From Alphaproteobacteria bacterium (GTDB lineage Bacteria; Pseudomonadota; Alphaproteobacteria; GCA-2731375): DNA of 64,000 nucleotides. Position numbers and translations under genes: made by a program. The notes below the pieces were generated by a model. It ran no database searches and had not been told where the DNA came from. It saw nothing but the letters and a program-made list of their open reading frames with translations. The stretch is from positions 32,001 through 96,000 of the forward strand of contig CBDDBZ010000022.1 in NCBI GenBank assembly GCA_965225945.1. Direction: 5' to 3'. Below, piece after piece: positions 43,967-56,090 of this stretch; the first letter of the stretch is position 1; every line of letters begins with the position of its first letter.

Positions 43967-44479
43967 ATGCGGGAGTCGAAAGCCGCTAGGGTCTGCCTGG
44001 GCGTCATCGGCGCGCCGCACGGCTTGCGTGGCGATCTGCGCGTTCGCTGTTTCACCGAGGAACCCGAGGACGTCGGCGCCTATGGCCCGGTCCGCGACGA
44101 GACCGGAGCGGAGTGGCGGCTTCGCGTCAAGGAGCGGCGCAAGGAGGCTGTCGTGGCCCATCTCGACGGGATCGAGGATCGCGACGCGGCGGCGGCCCTC
44201 AACGGCCGGCGACTCTTCGTCGCCCGCGACGCGCTGCCGCGAACCGAGGAAGATACTTACTATCACGCCGACCTGCTGGGCCTCGAGGTCGTCGACGGCG
44301 ACGGCCGCGGGATCGGCACCATCCACGCCATTTATGATTTCGGCGCCGGCGACATCCTCGAATTCGCGACGCCAGAGGGCCGCTTGGAGATGGTGCCCTT
44401 CACCCACGAGTCGGTTCCCGTGGTGGATCTGGAGGGCGGCCGCGTCGTCGTCGAGCGGACGCCGGAGGAAGCGACATGA
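43967..44479 (+). CDS. rimM: Ribosome maturation factor
   Basis: [23 protein letters not shown]; synteny. Confidence 0.95.
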   Translation: MRESKAARVCLGVIGAPHGLRGDLRVRCFTEEPEDVGAYGPVRDETGAEWRLRVKERRKEAVVAHLDGIEDRDAAAALNGRRLFVARDALPRTEEDTYYHADLLGLEVVDGDGRGIGTIHAIYDFGAGDILEFATPEGRLEMVPFTHESVPVVDLEGGRVVVERTPEEAT

Positions 44480-45240
44480 GCACCCCCCTGGCCGCGCCGA
44501 TCTGGCGGGCATGGGTCCTGACGCTGTTCCCGGAGATGTTTCCGGGCCCGCTCGGCGCCAGCCTCGCCGGCCGCGGCCTGGAGGGCGGGCTCTGGCGTCT
44601 CGAAACGGTGGACATTCGCGGCTTCGCGCGCGATAAACACCGCACCGTGGACGACGCGCCGTTCGGCGGCGGTCCCGGCATGGTCATGCGAGCGGACGTC
44701 GTGGCCGGCGCGATCGACGCGACCCGCGAGGCGGCACGCGCGGTCATCGGGGCCGTTCCCCGCACCGTCTGCATGACGCCGCGCGGCGCCCCGCTCGGCC
44801 AGTCGAAGGTTCGCGCGTTGGCCGACGGGCCGGGTCTCATCGTGCTTTGCGGTCGCTTCGAGGGAATCGACCAGCGCGTGCTGGAGGCCCGGGAGGTGGA
44901 AGAGATCTCGATCGGCGACTTCGTCCTCTCGGGCGGAGAGCCGGCGGCGGCTTGCCTGATCGACGCGGTGGTGCGGCTGTTGCCCGGCATCGTCGGCGAC
45001 CCGGCGGCGCTGGAGGAGGAAAGTTTCTCGCGGGGGCTTCTCGAATACCCCCAATACACGCGCCCCCAGGCCTGGGAGGGGCGCGAGGTGCCGGCGGTCC
45101 TGCTGTCGGGGCATCACGAACGGATCGATGCCTGGCGCCAGGACCAGGCGGAAGAGACGACACGGACCCGGCGGCCGGATCTCTGGCAGGCCCGACCGGC
45201 CGGGTCGCAAGCGCGAGGATCGAAGGATGACGTTGCTTGA
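44476..45240 (+). CDS. trmD: tRNA (guanine-N1)-methyltransferase
   Basis: [37 protein letters not shown]. Confidence 0.97.
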   Translation: MSTPLAAPIWRAWVLTLFPEMFPGPLGASLAGRGLEGGLWRLETVDIRGFARDKHRTVDDAPFGGGPGMVMRADVVAGAIDATREAARAVIGAVPRTVCMTPRGAPLGQSKVRALADGPGLIVLCGRFEGIDQRVLEAREVEEISIGDFVLSGGEPAAACLIDAVVRLLPGIVGDPAALEEESFSRGLLEYPQYTRPQAWEGREVPAVLLSGHHERIDAWRQDQAEETTRTRRPDLWQARPAGSQARGSKDDVA

Positions 45241-45631
45241 GCAGTTCGAACGCGATGAGGTGGAACGGCTCGCGGCCGGGAAGGAGCTGCCGGATTTCGG
45301 GCCGGGCGACACGCTCCGAGTCCACGTCCGGCTGGTCGAGGGCGCCCGGGAGCGGGTGCAGGTCTTCGAGGGCGTCTGCATCGGGCTGAAGCGGGCCGGC
45401 CTGAACTCCGCCTTTACCGTGCGCAAGATCAGCTACGGCGAAGGCGTGGAGAGGGTCTTCCCGCTCTATTCGCCCAGGATCGAGAAAATCGAGATCAAGC
45501 GTCGCGGACGGGTCCGCCGTGCCAAGCTCTATTATTTGCGCGGCCGTACCGGCAAGCGGGCGCGGATCGCCGAGCGGCAGGATTCCCGGGACAAGGCCAA
45601 GCGAGGCAAGCAGCGCGCCCGGGCTGGGTGA
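45227..45631 (+). CDS. rplS: 50S ribosomal protein L19
   Basis: [34 protein letters not shown]. Confidence 0.97.
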   Translation: MTLLEQFERDEVERLAAGKELPDFGPGDTLRVHVRLVEGARERVQVFEGVCIGLKRAGLNSAFTVRKISYGEGVERVFPLYSPRIEKIEIKRRGRVRRAKLYYLRGRTGKRARIAERQDSRDKAKRGKQRARAG

Positions 45632-45675
45632 CGCGCGCTCGAACTGAGGACAACAGGGGGGGAAACCTCGTAGCC

Positions 45676-47082
45676 ATGGCCACGCCTAGCACGCTCCACG
45701 ACAAGATTTGGGATAGCCACCTCGTTCACCAGCGCGACGACGGCTTCTGCGTTCTCTACATCGACCGCCACCTGGTGCACGAGGTGACCAGCCCGCAAGC
45801 CTTCGAGGGCCTGCGCCTCTCGCGACGAGCGGTGCGCCGGCCGGACGCCACGCTCGCCGTGGCCGACCACAACGTGCCGACCACCGATCGCAGCCAGGGC
45901 ATCGAAGACCCGGAATCGCGCCTCCAGGTGGAGACGCTCAGCCGCAATTGCACGGAGTTCGGCGTGCCGCTCTTCGATATGGACGATTCGCGCCAGGGCA
46001 TCGTCCACATCATCGGCCCCGAGCAGGGCTTCACCCAGCCCGGCAACACCATCGTCTGCGGCGACAGCCATACCGCGACCCACGGCGCCTTCGGCGCGCT
46101 CGCCTTCGGCATCGGCACCTCCGAGGTCGAGCACGTGCTGGCGACCCAGACGCTGATCCAGCGGCGCTCCAAGAACATGCGAATCGAGGTCGAAAGCGAT
46201 CTTCCCGCCGGCTGCACGGCCAAGGACCTGATCCTGGCCATCATCGGCAAGATCGGCACCGCCGGCGGCACCGGCCATGTCATCGAGTATGGCGGGCCGG
46301 CGATCCGCGCGCTCTCGATGGAAGGGCGGATGACGGTCTGCAACATGACCATCGAGGGCGGCGCGCGGGCCGGCCTGATCGCCCCCGACGAGACCACGAT
46401 CGACTACATGCGCGGCCTGGCGATGGCGCCCCGGGGCGCCGACTTCGAACGCGCCGCCGAGTATTGGCGCGGTCTGCCGAGCGATGCGGGCGCGCGCTAC
46501 GATACCGAGGTGACCTTGAACGCGGCCGAAATCGTGCCGCACGTCACCTGGGGCACCAGCCCGGAGAACGTGGCTCCGATCACCGCCACTGTACCGAACC
46601 CGGCCGAGGTCGAGGACAAGGATCGCCGCGCCTCGATGGAGCGTTCACTTCGCTACATGGGGCTCGAGGCGGGAACGCCGCTTACCGAGATCGCGATCGA
46701 CCGCGTCTTCATCGGCTCCTGCACCAACGGGCGGATCGAGGACCTTCGCGCCGCCGCCGAGGTCGCCAAGGGCCGGCGCGTGGCCGAGCACGTCGACGCC
46801 ATGGTGGTCCCCGGCTCGGGTCTGGTGAAGCGCCAGGCGGAGGCCGAAGGCCTCGACCGGATCTTTCTGCAGGCGGGCTTCGAGTGGCGCGAGCCCGGCT
46901 GCTCGATGTGTCTGGCGATGAACGCCGACCGGCTGGAGCCGGGCGAGCGCTGTGCCTCGACGTCGAACCGCAACTTCGAGGGGCGCCAGGGCTTCGGCGG
47001 GCGGACCCATCTGGTGAGCCCGGCGATGGCCGTCGCCGCCGCGGTCTCCGGGCATCTCGCCGACGTCCGCGATCTCGCCTGA
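45676..47082 (+). CDS. leuC: 3-isopropylmalate dehydratase large subunit
   Basis: [37 protein letters not shown]. Confidence 0.97.
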   Translation: MATPSTLHDKIWDSHLVHQRDDGFCVLYIDRHLVHEVTSPQAFEGLRLSRRAVRRPDATLAVADHNVPTTDRSQGIEDPESRLQVETLSRNCTEFGVPLFDMDDSRQGIVHIIGPEQGFTQPGNTIVCGDSHTATHGAFGALAFGIGTSEVEHVLATQTLIQRRSKNMRIEVESDLPAGCTAKDLILAIIGKIGTAGGTGHVIEYGGPAIRALSMEGRMTVCNMTIEGGARAGLIAPDETTIDYMRGLAMAPRGADFERAAEYWRGLPSDAGARYDTEVTLNAAEIVPHVTWGTSPENVAPITATVPNPAEVEDKDRRASMERSLRYMGLEAGTPLTEIAIDRVFIGSCTNGRIEDLRAAAEVAKGRRVAEHVDAMVVPGSGLVKRQAEAEGLDRIFLQAGFEWREPGCSMCLAMNADRLEPGERCASTSNRNFEGRQGFGGRTHLVSPAMAVAAAVSGHLADVRDLA

Positions 47083-47093
47083 GGGAAGGCACG

Positions 47094-47717
47094 ATGGAGA
47101 AATTCGTCAAGCTCGAGAGCGCCGCCGCGCCGATGCGGATGATCAATATCGACACCGACCGGATCATCCCCAAGCAATTCCTGAAGACGATCGAGCGCTC
47201 CGGCCTCGGCAAGTTCCTCTTTTACGACATGCGTTACAACGCCGACGGCAGCGACAATGCGGATTTCGTGCTCAACCAGCCGGCCTATCGCCAGGCCCAG
47301 ATCATCGTCGCCGGCGACAACTTCGGCTGCGGCTCCTCACGCGAGCATGCGCCCTGGGCGCTGCGGGATTTCGGCGTGCGCAGCGTGATCTCGTCCTCTT
47401 TCGCCGACATCTTCTACAACAACTGCTTCAAGAACGGCGTGCTGCCGATCCAGGTCTCGCCGGAGCAGTTGGAAGATCTGATGGGCGACGCCGAGAAGGG
47501 TGGCAACGCGCGCCTGACGGTCGACCTCGAAGCCCAGACCATCATGCGGCCCGACGGCAGCGAGGTCCGTTTCGAGGTCGAACCCTTCCGCAAGAATTGC
47601 CTGTTGGAGGGACTGGACGACATCGACCTGACGCTCGAGCACGACACCGAGATCGACGCTTTCGAGGCCGCCCAGAAACAGCGTCAGCCGTGGCTCTACG
47701 GCTCGCCCGCCGAGTGA
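47094..47717 (+). CDS. leuD: 3-isopropylmalate dehydratase small subunit
   Basis: [28 protein letters not shown]. Confidence 0.97.
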   Translation: MEKFVKLESAAAPMRMINIDTDRIIPKQFLKTIERSGLGKFLFYDMRYNADGSDNADFVLNQPAYRQAQIIVAGDNFGCGSSREHAPWALRDFGVRSVISSSFADIFYNNCFKNGVLPIQVSPEQLEDLMGDAEKGGNARLTVDLEAQTIMRPDGSEVRFEVEPFRKNCLLEGLDDIDLTLEHDTEIDAFEAAQKQRQPWLYGSPAE

Positions 47718-47796
47718 GTCGCCCGGCCACCGTTCTTGGCGACCGCCACATGCATGAATGCGCGCCACGGGGCGCGCGGGAGATGGGAGGCTCGCC

Positions 47797-48909
47797 ATGA
47801 GCACCAACAGGAAACTGCTGATGCTGCCGGGCGACGGCATCGGACCCGAGGTGATGCGCGAAGTGCGCCGGGTGATCGCCTGGATGGACAAGCGCCGCGC
47901 CGTCAGCTTCGAGATCGACGAGGACGTGGTCGGCGGCGCCGCGATCGACGCCCACGGGACGCCGCTCACCGACGCGTGCATGGATAAGGCGATGAACGCC
48001 GACGCCGTTATCTTCGGTGCCGTCGGCGGGCCCAAATGGGACGGCCTCCCCTTCGAGCAGAAGCCCGAGAGGGGCATCCTGCGGCTGCGCAAGGACATGG
48101 ACCTGTTCGCCAACCTGCGCCCGGCGATGTGCTTCGACGCGCTGACGTCGGCCTCCTCGCTGAAGCCGGAGCTGGTGACGGGCCTCGACCTCATGATCGT
48201 GCGCGAGCTCACCGGCGGGATCTATTTCGGCCAGCCGCGCGGCATCGAGAGGCTCGACGATGGGCAACGCCGCGCCATCAACACCCAGGTCTACACCACG
48301 AACGAGATCCGTCGCGTCGTCCGCGTCGCCTGCGAACTGGCAGGCAAGCGCAGCGGCCGCGTCACCTCGACCGAGAAAGCAAACGTGATGGAATCGGGCA
48401 TCCTGTGGCGCGAGGAGGCCCAACACATCCGCGACACGGAATTCGCCGACATCGAAATGGATCATATTTACGCCGACAACTGCGCGATGCAGCTCGTCCG
48501 CTCGCCCAAGCAGTTCGACGTGATCGTCACCGACAACCTGTTCGGCGACCTGCTGTCGGACGTCGCTGCGATGCTGACCGGTAGTCTCGGCATGCTGCCC
48601 TCGGCCTCGCTCGGCGCCGCCGACGAGACCGGCCGCCGCCGCGCCCTCTACGAGCCGGTGCACGGCTCGGCGCCCGACATCACCGGCCGGGAGATCGCCA
48701 ATCCGATCGCCATGATCCTGAGTTTCGCCATGGCGCTGCGCTACTCTTTCGATCTGGCGGACGACGCGAAGCTGATCGAGGACGCGGTCGACAACCTGCT
48801 CGCCGGCGGCATGCGCACCGCCGACATCATGGAAGTTGGCAAGGCCCGCGTCTCGACCTCGGTGATGGGCGAAAGCCTGGTCCGCGAACTCGACAAGCTC
48901 GCCGCCTGA
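47797..48909 (+). CDS. leuB: 3-isopropylmalate dehydrogenase
   Basis: [29 protein letters not shown]. Confidence 0.97.
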   Translation: MSTNRKLLMLPGDGIGPEVMREVRRVIAWMDKRRAVSFEIDEDVVGGAAIDAHGTPLTDACMDKAMNADAVIFGAVGGPKWDGLPFEQKPERGILRLRKDMDLFANLRPAMCFDALTSASSLKPELVTGLDLMIVRELTGGIYFGQPRGIERLDDGQRRAINTQVYTTNEIRRVVRVACELAGKRSGRVTSTEKANVMESGILWREEAQHIRDTEFADIEMDHIYADNCAMQLVRSPKQFDVIVTDNLFGDLLSDVAAMLTGSLGMLPSASLGAADETGRRRALYEPVHGSAPDITGREIANPIAMILSFAMALRYSFDLADDAKLIEDAVDNLLAGGMRTADIMEVGKARVSTSVMGESLVRELDKLAA

Positions 48910-48940
48910 ATACGGCCGCACCACGACGACGGAGCACCTC

Positions 48941-49705
48941 ATGCACCTCTTCGATCTGAGCGGCCGCGTCGCCGTCGTCACCGGCGGCAACGGCGGCATC
49001 GGTTTCGCCATGGCCAAGGGCATGGCCGGCGCGGGCGCCGCAATCGTCGTCGCCGGCCGCAACGAGGCGAAGAACGCCGCTGCCGTCGGCGAACTCGAGG
49101 GGCTCGGCATCGAGGCGATGGCACACTGCATCGACATCACCGACGAGGCGGCCTGCCACGGGATGGTGGCGGCGACGCGGGCCCGCTTCGGCCGCCTCGA
49201 CATCCTGGTGAACAACGCCGGCATCTCCATCCGCGGGCAGCCGCAAGACCTGGCGCTCGCCGAATGGCGCGCCGTGATCGACACCAATCTGACGGCGGCC
49301 TTCGTCTGCTGTCAGGCCGCATACCCGGCGATGATCGAGGCCGGCGGCGGCAAGATCGTCAATATCGGTTCCATGATGTCGCTCTTCGGCGCGCCCTTCG
49401 CCACCCCCTATGCCTCCAGCAAGGGCGGCATCGTGCAGATGACCAAGGCGCTCGCCACCGCCTGGGCCAAGGACAACATCCAGGTCAACGCCGTGCTGCC
49501 GGGCTGGATCGACACCGAACTCACCATCAACGCGCGCCGCGAGGTCGAAGGTCTGCATCAACGCGTCCTCGACCGCACGCCCGCCGGGCGCTGGGGCGTG
49601 CCGGACGACCACGCGGGAATCGCCGTGTTCCTGGCGGCGCCCGCCTCGAATTTCGTCACCGGCGCGACGATCGCGGTCGACGGCGGCTATTCCGCGCAGA
49701 TCTGA
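48941..49705 (+). CDS. Short-chain dehydrogenase/reductase (KduD/gluconate dehydrogenase-like)
   Basis: TGGNGGIG, NNAG, YASSK. Confidence 0.92.
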   Translation: MHLFDLSGRVAVVTGGNGGIGFAMAKGMAGAGAAIVVAGRNEAKNAAAVGELEGLGIEAMAHCIDITDEAACHGMVAATRARFGRLDILVNNAGISIRGQPQDLALAEWRAVIDTNLTAAFVCCQAAYPAMIEAGGGKIVNIGSMMSLFGAPFATPYASSKGGIVQMTKALATAWAKDNIQVNAVLPGWIDTELTINARREVEGLHQRVLDRTPAGRWGVPDDHAGIAVFLAAPASNFVTGATIAVDGGYSAQI

Positions 49706-49870
49706 TTTTCACCTCCATGACCGCGCGTGTCGGATTTGCCACAGGGCGACGCGGATCGGGAGGCCGCGTGGATGAGCCATCGACCGCCGAGGCTAGGGGA
49801 ATGCTAAATTGAGAAGAACGATCCTCCCACGGTTCCGATGTTCGCGTTGTGGTGAACGGGACCTGAGCGG

Positions 49871-51874
49871 ATGGACGAGCGAAGACGCGCGAGCGAACAA
49901 CGCCATAAGGCCCAGGGAGTGAAACGTCGAACTTATTTGAACCTGATTGGACTGCCGCGATCACGTAAGCGGCAGTTGCTCGTCCTCGCCGATCTTCTCG
50001 CCCTGCCGATCTGTTTGTGGCTGGCGGTGGCGTTGCGGCACGGCCACCCTTTCCCGGCCGAGTTTCCGAGCCCGTGGCTGATCCTCGCCGTCACGGTGCC
50101 GTCGATCCCCGCGTTCCACGCCTTCGGCGTCTACCGCTCGGTTCTCCGCGCGTCGGGCGCGCCGTTCCAATTGACGATCGCGGCCGCGGCCATGTTCTCG
50201 GCGCTCCTGCTCGTCCTCGTCGGCTGGTTGTTGGCGCCGCCGAATCTCGACGCCACGATCCCGGTGATCTTCTGGATGACCACGATGCTCGCGATGGCCG
50301 GCGTCCGCGCGGCCGCCCGCCTCTTCCTGCAGCATCTCGGAGCCGAGCTCAGGGACCAGCAGCCGATCGGTATTTACGGTGCCGGCGCCGGCGGGATCCA
50401 ATCGGCCGCCGCGCTGGCGTTGGGGCGTGAATATAATCCGGTCTTCTTCGTCGACGACGATCCGGCGCTGCATGGAACGATCGTCCACGGCGTCCCCGTC
50501 TGGACGCCGGAGGCCTTGCCGGATCTCGTCCGCCGCTACGACGTAAAGCGCATACTGCTGGCGATGCCATCGGCCGGCCGGGCGCGGCGCCGCGAGATCG
50601 TCGAGGATCTGCAGTCGAGCGCCGTGCGCATCATGACCATGCCCGGCCTGGCGGATCTGGTGTCCGGCGCGGCGCAGGTCGACGACCTGAAGGAGATCGA
50701 GATCGAGGATCTCCTCGGTCGCGATGCGGTGCCACCGATCCGTGATCTGCTGGAAGGCGACATTCGGGGCAAATCCGTGATGGTGAGCGGGGCCGGCGGC
50801 TCGATCGGAAGCGAGCTCTGTCGCCAGATCGCGCGGAACGCGCTGGCCCGCATGGTGTTGATGGATTTGAGCGAGTACGCGCTCTACGCCATCGAGAACG
50901 AGATCCGCGATGTCGTCCTCGAGGCGGGGCTCGCGACGGAGGTCGTGGCGCTGCTCGGCAGCACCGTCCGGCAGCGCCGCATGAGCCACGTCATGCGTCA
51001 ATTCGCCGTTCAAACGATCTATCACGCCGGCGCCTACAAGCACGTGCCCCTGGTCGAGCAGAACATCGTCGAGGGCGTGCGCAACAACGCCTTCGCCACC
51101 TGGCGCTTGGCGGAGGCGGCGATCGAGAGCGGCGTCGCGACTTTCGTGCTGATCTCCACCGACAAGGCGGTGCGGCCGACCAACGTGATGGGCGCGACCA
51201 AGCGTTTGGCCGAACTCGTGCTTCAGGGGTTGGCGCGGGAACAGGCGGTCACGCGATTCACGATGGTGCGTTTCGGCAATGTTCTCGGCTCCTCGGGCTC
51301 GGTCGTCCCGCGCTTTCGCGAACAGATCCGCGGCGGCGGTCCCGTGACCGTGACCCACCCCGACGTCACCCGCTTCTTCATGACGATCTCGGAAGCCGCC
51401 AGCCTCGTCCTCCAAGCGGGCGCCATGGGCACCGGCGGCGAAGTCTTTCTGCTCGAAATGGGGGAGCCCGTGCGCGTCGTCGATTTGGCCCGGCGAATGA
51501 TTAGGCTGATGGGCCTCGAGGTCAGGGACATCGACAATCCCGGTGGCGATATCGCCATCCAGTTCGTCGGCCTTCGCCCCGGCGAGAAGCTCTACGAGGA
51601 GCTGCTGATAGGTAACGATGCCAGCGGCACCACGCATCCCCGCATCATGCGCGCGGAGGAGAAGTCGCTGCCCTGGAGCCAGGTGGCGAGGCTGCTGGAC
51701 GAATTGGACCGCGCCTGCCGCGCGGTCGAAATCGAGACCATCCGCGCCTTGCTCGGCCAAGTCGTCGACGGCTACCAGCCGAGCGGGCCCACGGTCGACC
51801 CGATGGCCTCGATACCACGACGCGGGCTCGAGGGCGAGAGCTTGGAGACCCCCGGCTCGGAAAGCATTCACTGA
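49871..51874 (+). CDS. Membrane nucleotide-sugar 4,6-dehydratase (CapD/PglF/WbpM family)
   Basis: Four N-terminal TM segments; GAGGSIGSELCRQ, YKHVP, STDKAVRP, VRFGNVLGSSGSV. Confidence 0.93.
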   Translation: MDERRRASEQRHKAQGVKRRTYLNLIGLPRSRKRQLLVLADLLALPICLWLAVALRHGHPFPAEFPSPWLILAVTVPSIPAFHAFGVYRSVLRASGAPFQLTIAAAAMFSALLLVLVGWLLAPPNLDATIPVIFWMTTMLAMAGVRAAARLFLQHLGAELRDQQPIGIYGAGAGGIQSAAALALGREYNPVFFVDDDPALHGTIVHGVPVWTPEALPDLVRRYDVKRILLAMPSAGRARRREIVEDLQSSAVRIMTMPGLADLVSGAAQVDDLKEIEIEDLLGRDAVPPIRDLLEGDIRGKSVMVSGAGGSIGSELCRQIARNALARMVLMDLSEYALYAIENEIRDVVLEAGLATEVVALLGSTVRQRRMSHVMRQFAVQTIYHAGAYKHVPLVEQNIVEGVRNNAFATWRLAEAAIESGVATFVLISTDKAVRPTNVMGATKRLAELVLQGLAREQAVTRFTMVRFGNVLGSSGSVVPRFREQIRGGGPVTVTHPDVTRFFMTISEAASLVLQAGAMGTGGEVFLLEMGEPVRVVDLARRMIRLMGLEVRDIDNPGGDIAIQFVGLRPGEKLYEELLIGNDASGTTHPRIMRAEEKSLPWSQVARLLDELDRACRAVEIETIRALLGQVVDGYQPSGPTVDPMASIPRRGLEGESLETPGSESIH

Positions 51875-51931
51875 ACTCGATCTCGGGGCATTGCCCGCGT
51901 CGCCGAGTCGCGTCGCGACCGGAGGCGTTCG

Positions 51932-53614
51932 ATGCCGCTCGAGGCCGATTACATCATCGTCGGAGCCGGTTCCGCGGGCTCGGCGATGGCCTATCGGCTG
52001 TCCGCCGACGGTCGCCATCGCGTCCTCGTGCTCGAATATGGCGGCGGTGACGCCGGCCCTCTCATCCAGATGCCGGCGGCGCTCGGCTATCCGAGGAACA
52101 TGGCGCGCTACGACTGGGGCTTTGTCACCGAACCGGAGCCGCATCTCGGCGCTCGCCGCCTCGCCTGCCCCCGCGGCAAGGTCGTCGGCGGCTCCTCCTC
52201 GATCAACGGCATGGTCTACGTCCGGGGCCATGCGCGCGACTTCGACCATTGGGAGGAGATGGGGGCCGAGGGCTGGGGCTACCGTCACGTACTGCCCTAC
52301 TTCAAGCGGATGGAATGTTGGCACGACGACGGCGGCGATGCCGTCGCCGGGCGGGCCGATCCAGCTTGGCGCGGGCGAGAGGGTCCGCTCCACGTCACCC
52401 GCGGCAGCCGCGACAATCCCCTCCACCACGCCTTCATGCGCGCCGGCGAGCAAGCGGGGTATCGACTGACGGCGGACTACAACGGCGCCGGGCAGGAAGG
52501 CTTCGGGCCGATGGAGATGACGGTTTGGCGCGGCCGGCGATGGTCGGCCGCCAACGCCTATCTGAAGACGGCGCTGCGTCGCGAGAACTGCCAACTGCGG
52601 CGCTGTCGGGCGCGACGGGTTCGCTTCGAGGGACGCCGCGCCGTCGGTGTCGAGGTCGAGCGGGGTGGCCGCGTCGAGCTGCTCCGCGCGCGGCGCGAGG
52701 TGATCCTCGCGGCCTCCTCGATCAACTCGCCCACCCTGCTGAAGTATTCCGGCATCGGCCCCGGCGAGGAGCTCGCCGCGCACGGGATCGAGGTCGTGGT
52801 CGAGCGGCCGGGGGTCGGCGAGAACCTACAGGACCATCTGGAAGTCTATGTGCAGTTCACCTGCCGGCGACCGATCACGCTCTATCGCCACTGGAACTGG
52901 TTCTCGAAGCTGCTCATCGGCGCCCGCTGGACATTCCTCAAGAGCGGTCTCGGCGCCAGCAGTCATTTCGAGAGCGCGGCCTTCATCCGCTCGCGCGCCG
53001 GCGTGGAATACCCCGACATCCAGTATCATTTTCTGCCGATCGCGGTCCGCTACGACGGCAAGGCGGCGGTCGAATCGCACGGTTTCCAGGCCCATGTCGG
53101 GCCGATGCGCTCCCCCTCGCGCGGCCATGTGCGCCTTGCCTCCCCCGATCCGACCGCGCCGCCCCGCATCAGCTTCAACTACATGTCCGCGCCCGAGGAT
53201 TGGGAGGACTTCCGACGTTGTATCCGCCTGACACGGGAGATCTTTCGCCAGCCGGCCTTCGCCGACTACCTGGGTTCGGAAATCGCGCCGGGGGCGGCGA
53301 TCGACGACGACGAGGCCCTCGATGGCTTTGTCCGCGAGACGGTCGAGAGCGCCTATCACCCTTGCGGCACCTGCAGGATGGGCGCAGCGGACGACGCGGG
53401 CGCGGTGGTCGATCCGACCTGCCGGGTGATCGGTGTCGACGGCCTGCGCGTCGCCGACAGCTCGATCTTTCCCCAGATCACGAACGGCAATCTGAATGCA
53501 CCCTCGATCATGGCCGGAGAGAAGGCGAGCGATCATATCCTCGGCCTCGCCCCGCCACCGCCGGCCAACGACGCGCCCTGGATCCACCCGCATTGGCGCG
53601 AACGGCAGAGATGA
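51932..53614 (+). CDS. betA: Choline dehydrogenase (GMC oxidoreductase)
   Basis: [41 protein letters not shown]. Confidence 0.92.
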   Translation: MPLEADYIIVGAGSAGSAMAYRLSADGRHRVLVLEYGGGDAGPLIQMPAALGYPRNMARYDWGFVTEPEPHLGARRLACPRGKVVGGSSSINGMVYVRGHARDFDHWEEMGAEGWGYRHVLPYFKRMECWHDDGGDAVAGRADPAWRGREGPLHVTRGSRDNPLHHAFMRAGEQAGYRLTADYNGAGQEGFGPMEMTVWRGRRWSAANAYLKTALRRENCQLRRCRARRVRFEGRRAVGVEVERGGRVELLRARREVILAASSINSPTLLKYSGIGPGEELAAHGIEVVVERPGVGENLQDHLEVYVQFTCRRPITLYRHWNWFSKLLIGARWTFLKSGLGASSHFESAAFIRSRAGVEYPDIQYHFLPIAVRYDGKAAVESHGFQAHVGPMRSPSRGHVRLASPDPTAPPRISFNYMSAPEDWEDFRRCIRLTREIFRQPAFADYLGSEIAPGAAIDDDEALDGFVRETVESAYHPCGTCRMGAADDAGAVVDPTCRVIGVDGLRVADSSIFPQITNGNLNAPSIMAGEKASDHILGLAPPPPANDAPWIHPHWRERQR

Positions 53615-53722
53615 CCGGGGAATAAGAGCGCCGAACGCGTCGGTCGTGGTAGGCAGGATGCGTCGCGCGCGCTATCTTCTTTCGAGGCACGCGTGATCCG
53701 CCGCGCGTCATGAGACGAGAAT

Positions 53723-56076
53723 ATGGAGCCGCCCGAATCCAGCGATAAGAACGGCCCGCCGAAGCAGGAGCCGAAGCTTCGCCTCAGGGCCAGGAACATG
53801 GGCCAGACGCCGCCCGCCGCCGCCGAGGGCGATGCCGGCGGCGGCGCGACGAAGCCCGAGGTCGCGGCGTCGCCAGACGCGCCGCCCAAGGGAAATGGCC
53901 AGAACGCCGCGCCGGAACCGGGTGGGAGTTGCCGAGCTCGGCGCTCAAGTCCGAGGCGAACGATCCGTTGCTCGGATGCCTGGTGGCGGTAACCAAGCAC
54001 TTCGGCCGTCCGAGCACGCCGCAATCGCTGATCGGCGGCATGCCGCTGGAGGGCAACCGGCTGACGCCGGCCCTCTTCCTGCGTGCCGCCGACAGAGCCG
54101 ACCTGAGCGCCCGGATCGTCAAACGCCGCTTGAACGCGCTGCCGAAATACGTGCTGCCGGTGGTCCTGTTGCCGAAGGGGCGGACCGCCTGCGTCCTCTT
54201 CAGGCGGGTCGGCCAGGACAAGGCGGAGGTCCTCTTTCCCGAAACCGGGGACGGCAGCGAGACCATGGATCTCGACGTGCTGGCCGCCAGCTATGACGGC
54301 CACGCCATCTTCCTGCGGCCCCGCTATCACTATAGCCAGGTGCAACGCGAGGTGCTGCTGGGCCGCGGCCGCTCCTGGTTTTGGGGCACGCTCGCCCGCT
54401 TCTGGAAGACCTATTGCGGCGTCATGCTCGCCGCCGCCTTCGTCAACCTTCTGGCCCTAGCCTCGCCCCTCTTCGTGATGAACGTCTATGACAGGGTGGT
54501 GCCGAACCAGGCGAAGGAGACCTTGACGGTACTGGTCATCGGCATCGGCTTGATCTTCGTCTTCGATTTCATGCTCCGATGGCTCAGATCGCATTTCGTC
54601 GACAACGCCGGCAAGCGCGCGGACGTGCTGATGTCGAGCCGTATCTTCAATCACGTGCTCGGCATCACCATGAAATCGCGCCCGGCTTCCTCCGGTGCCT
54701 TCGCCAACCAGTTGCGCGATTTCGAGTGGCTGCGCGAATTCTTCACCTCCGCGACCGTCGTCGCCCTGATCGACTTGCCGTTCCTCGGCCTCTTCATCCT
54801 GGTGATCTGGATGATCGCCGGCCCCGTCGCCTTCATTCCGGCCTTCGCCGTGCCGTTGGTGATCGTGATCGGGTTGATGCTGCAGGTCCCACTGCGCCGC
54901 GCGGTCCGCCAAGCGACGGCCGAGGGCTCGCAGAAGCACGGCGTGATGATCGAGACCATCGCCGCCCTCGACACCGTGAAGAGCCTCGGTGCCGAGGGCC
55001 GCATGCAGCGCGAGTGGGAGAAGTACGTCGGCACCTCGGCCAACACCGGCATGCGGGTGCGCAACCTCTCCGGCGTCGGCATCAACGTGACCCAACTCAT
55101 CCAGCATTTCGTCACGGTGGCGGTGGTGGCATTCGGCGTCTACCGGATTGCCGACGGCGAGATGACGATCGGTGGCCTGATCGCCTGCACGATCCTCACC
55201 GGCCGCTGCATGGCGCCGCTCGGCCAGGTGGCGAGCATCATCTCGCGCCTGCACCAATCGATCGCCGCGCTGAAAACCCTCAATCAGATCATGGCGATGC
55301 CGGTCGAGCGGCCGGTCGACGCGCGCTATCTCTCGCGCGAGCGGCTGGACGGCGGAATCACCTTCGAGAACGTCAGCTTCAGCTATCCCGACAGCGAAGT
55401 GCCGGCGCTGCGCGACATTTCGTTCAAGATCGAGCCCGGGGAGAAGGTTGCGATCATCGGCCCGGTCGGCTCGGGCAAGTCGACGATCTCGCGCCTGTTG
55501 ATGAAACTCTACGAGGTCGATGGTGGCGCGGTCCTGGTCGACGGCACCGATATCCGGCAGATCGATCCCACGGACATCCGCAAATCGCTGGGCGTGCTGT
55601 TGCAGGACGTGATTTTGTTCCATGCCAGCGTCCGCGACAACATCGCCATGGCGACACCGCATGCCGACGACGACATGATCTTGCGCGCCGCGCAACTGGC
55701 GGGCGTGCATGATTTCATCAGCCAGCAGCCGCAGGGCTACGACCTGATGGTCGGCGAGCGCGGACAGACCCTCTCCGGTGGGCAACGCCAGTGCATCGCC
55801 CTCGCCCGCTCGCTGCTGCCCGATCCGCCGGTCGTGATATTGGACGAGCCGACGAGCATGATGGACATGCCGGCGGAGAACGCCTTCAAGCGGCGCATGC
55901 GCGACTATCTGGCCGGCAAGACCCTGGTTCTGATCACGCATCGACCCTCGCTTCTGGACCTGGTCGATCGGATCATCGTGATCAGCCGAGGCCGGGTGGT
56001 GGCGGACGGGCCGCGCGAGGAGGTGCTGAAGAAAGGCCGGGCCGACGCGAAGCGCGCGGCCGCGGCGGGCGACTAG
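53723..56076 (+). CDS. Type I secretion ABC permease/ATPase (LapB/LssB-like); apparent 1-bp deletion near 53925
   Basis: C39-like N-terminus, MNVYDRVVPN, GPVGSGKS, LSGGQRQ; adding one G joins the 53723 frame to the 53929 frame. Confidence 0.93.
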
Positions 56077-56090
56077 GGCCGAGGGACCAA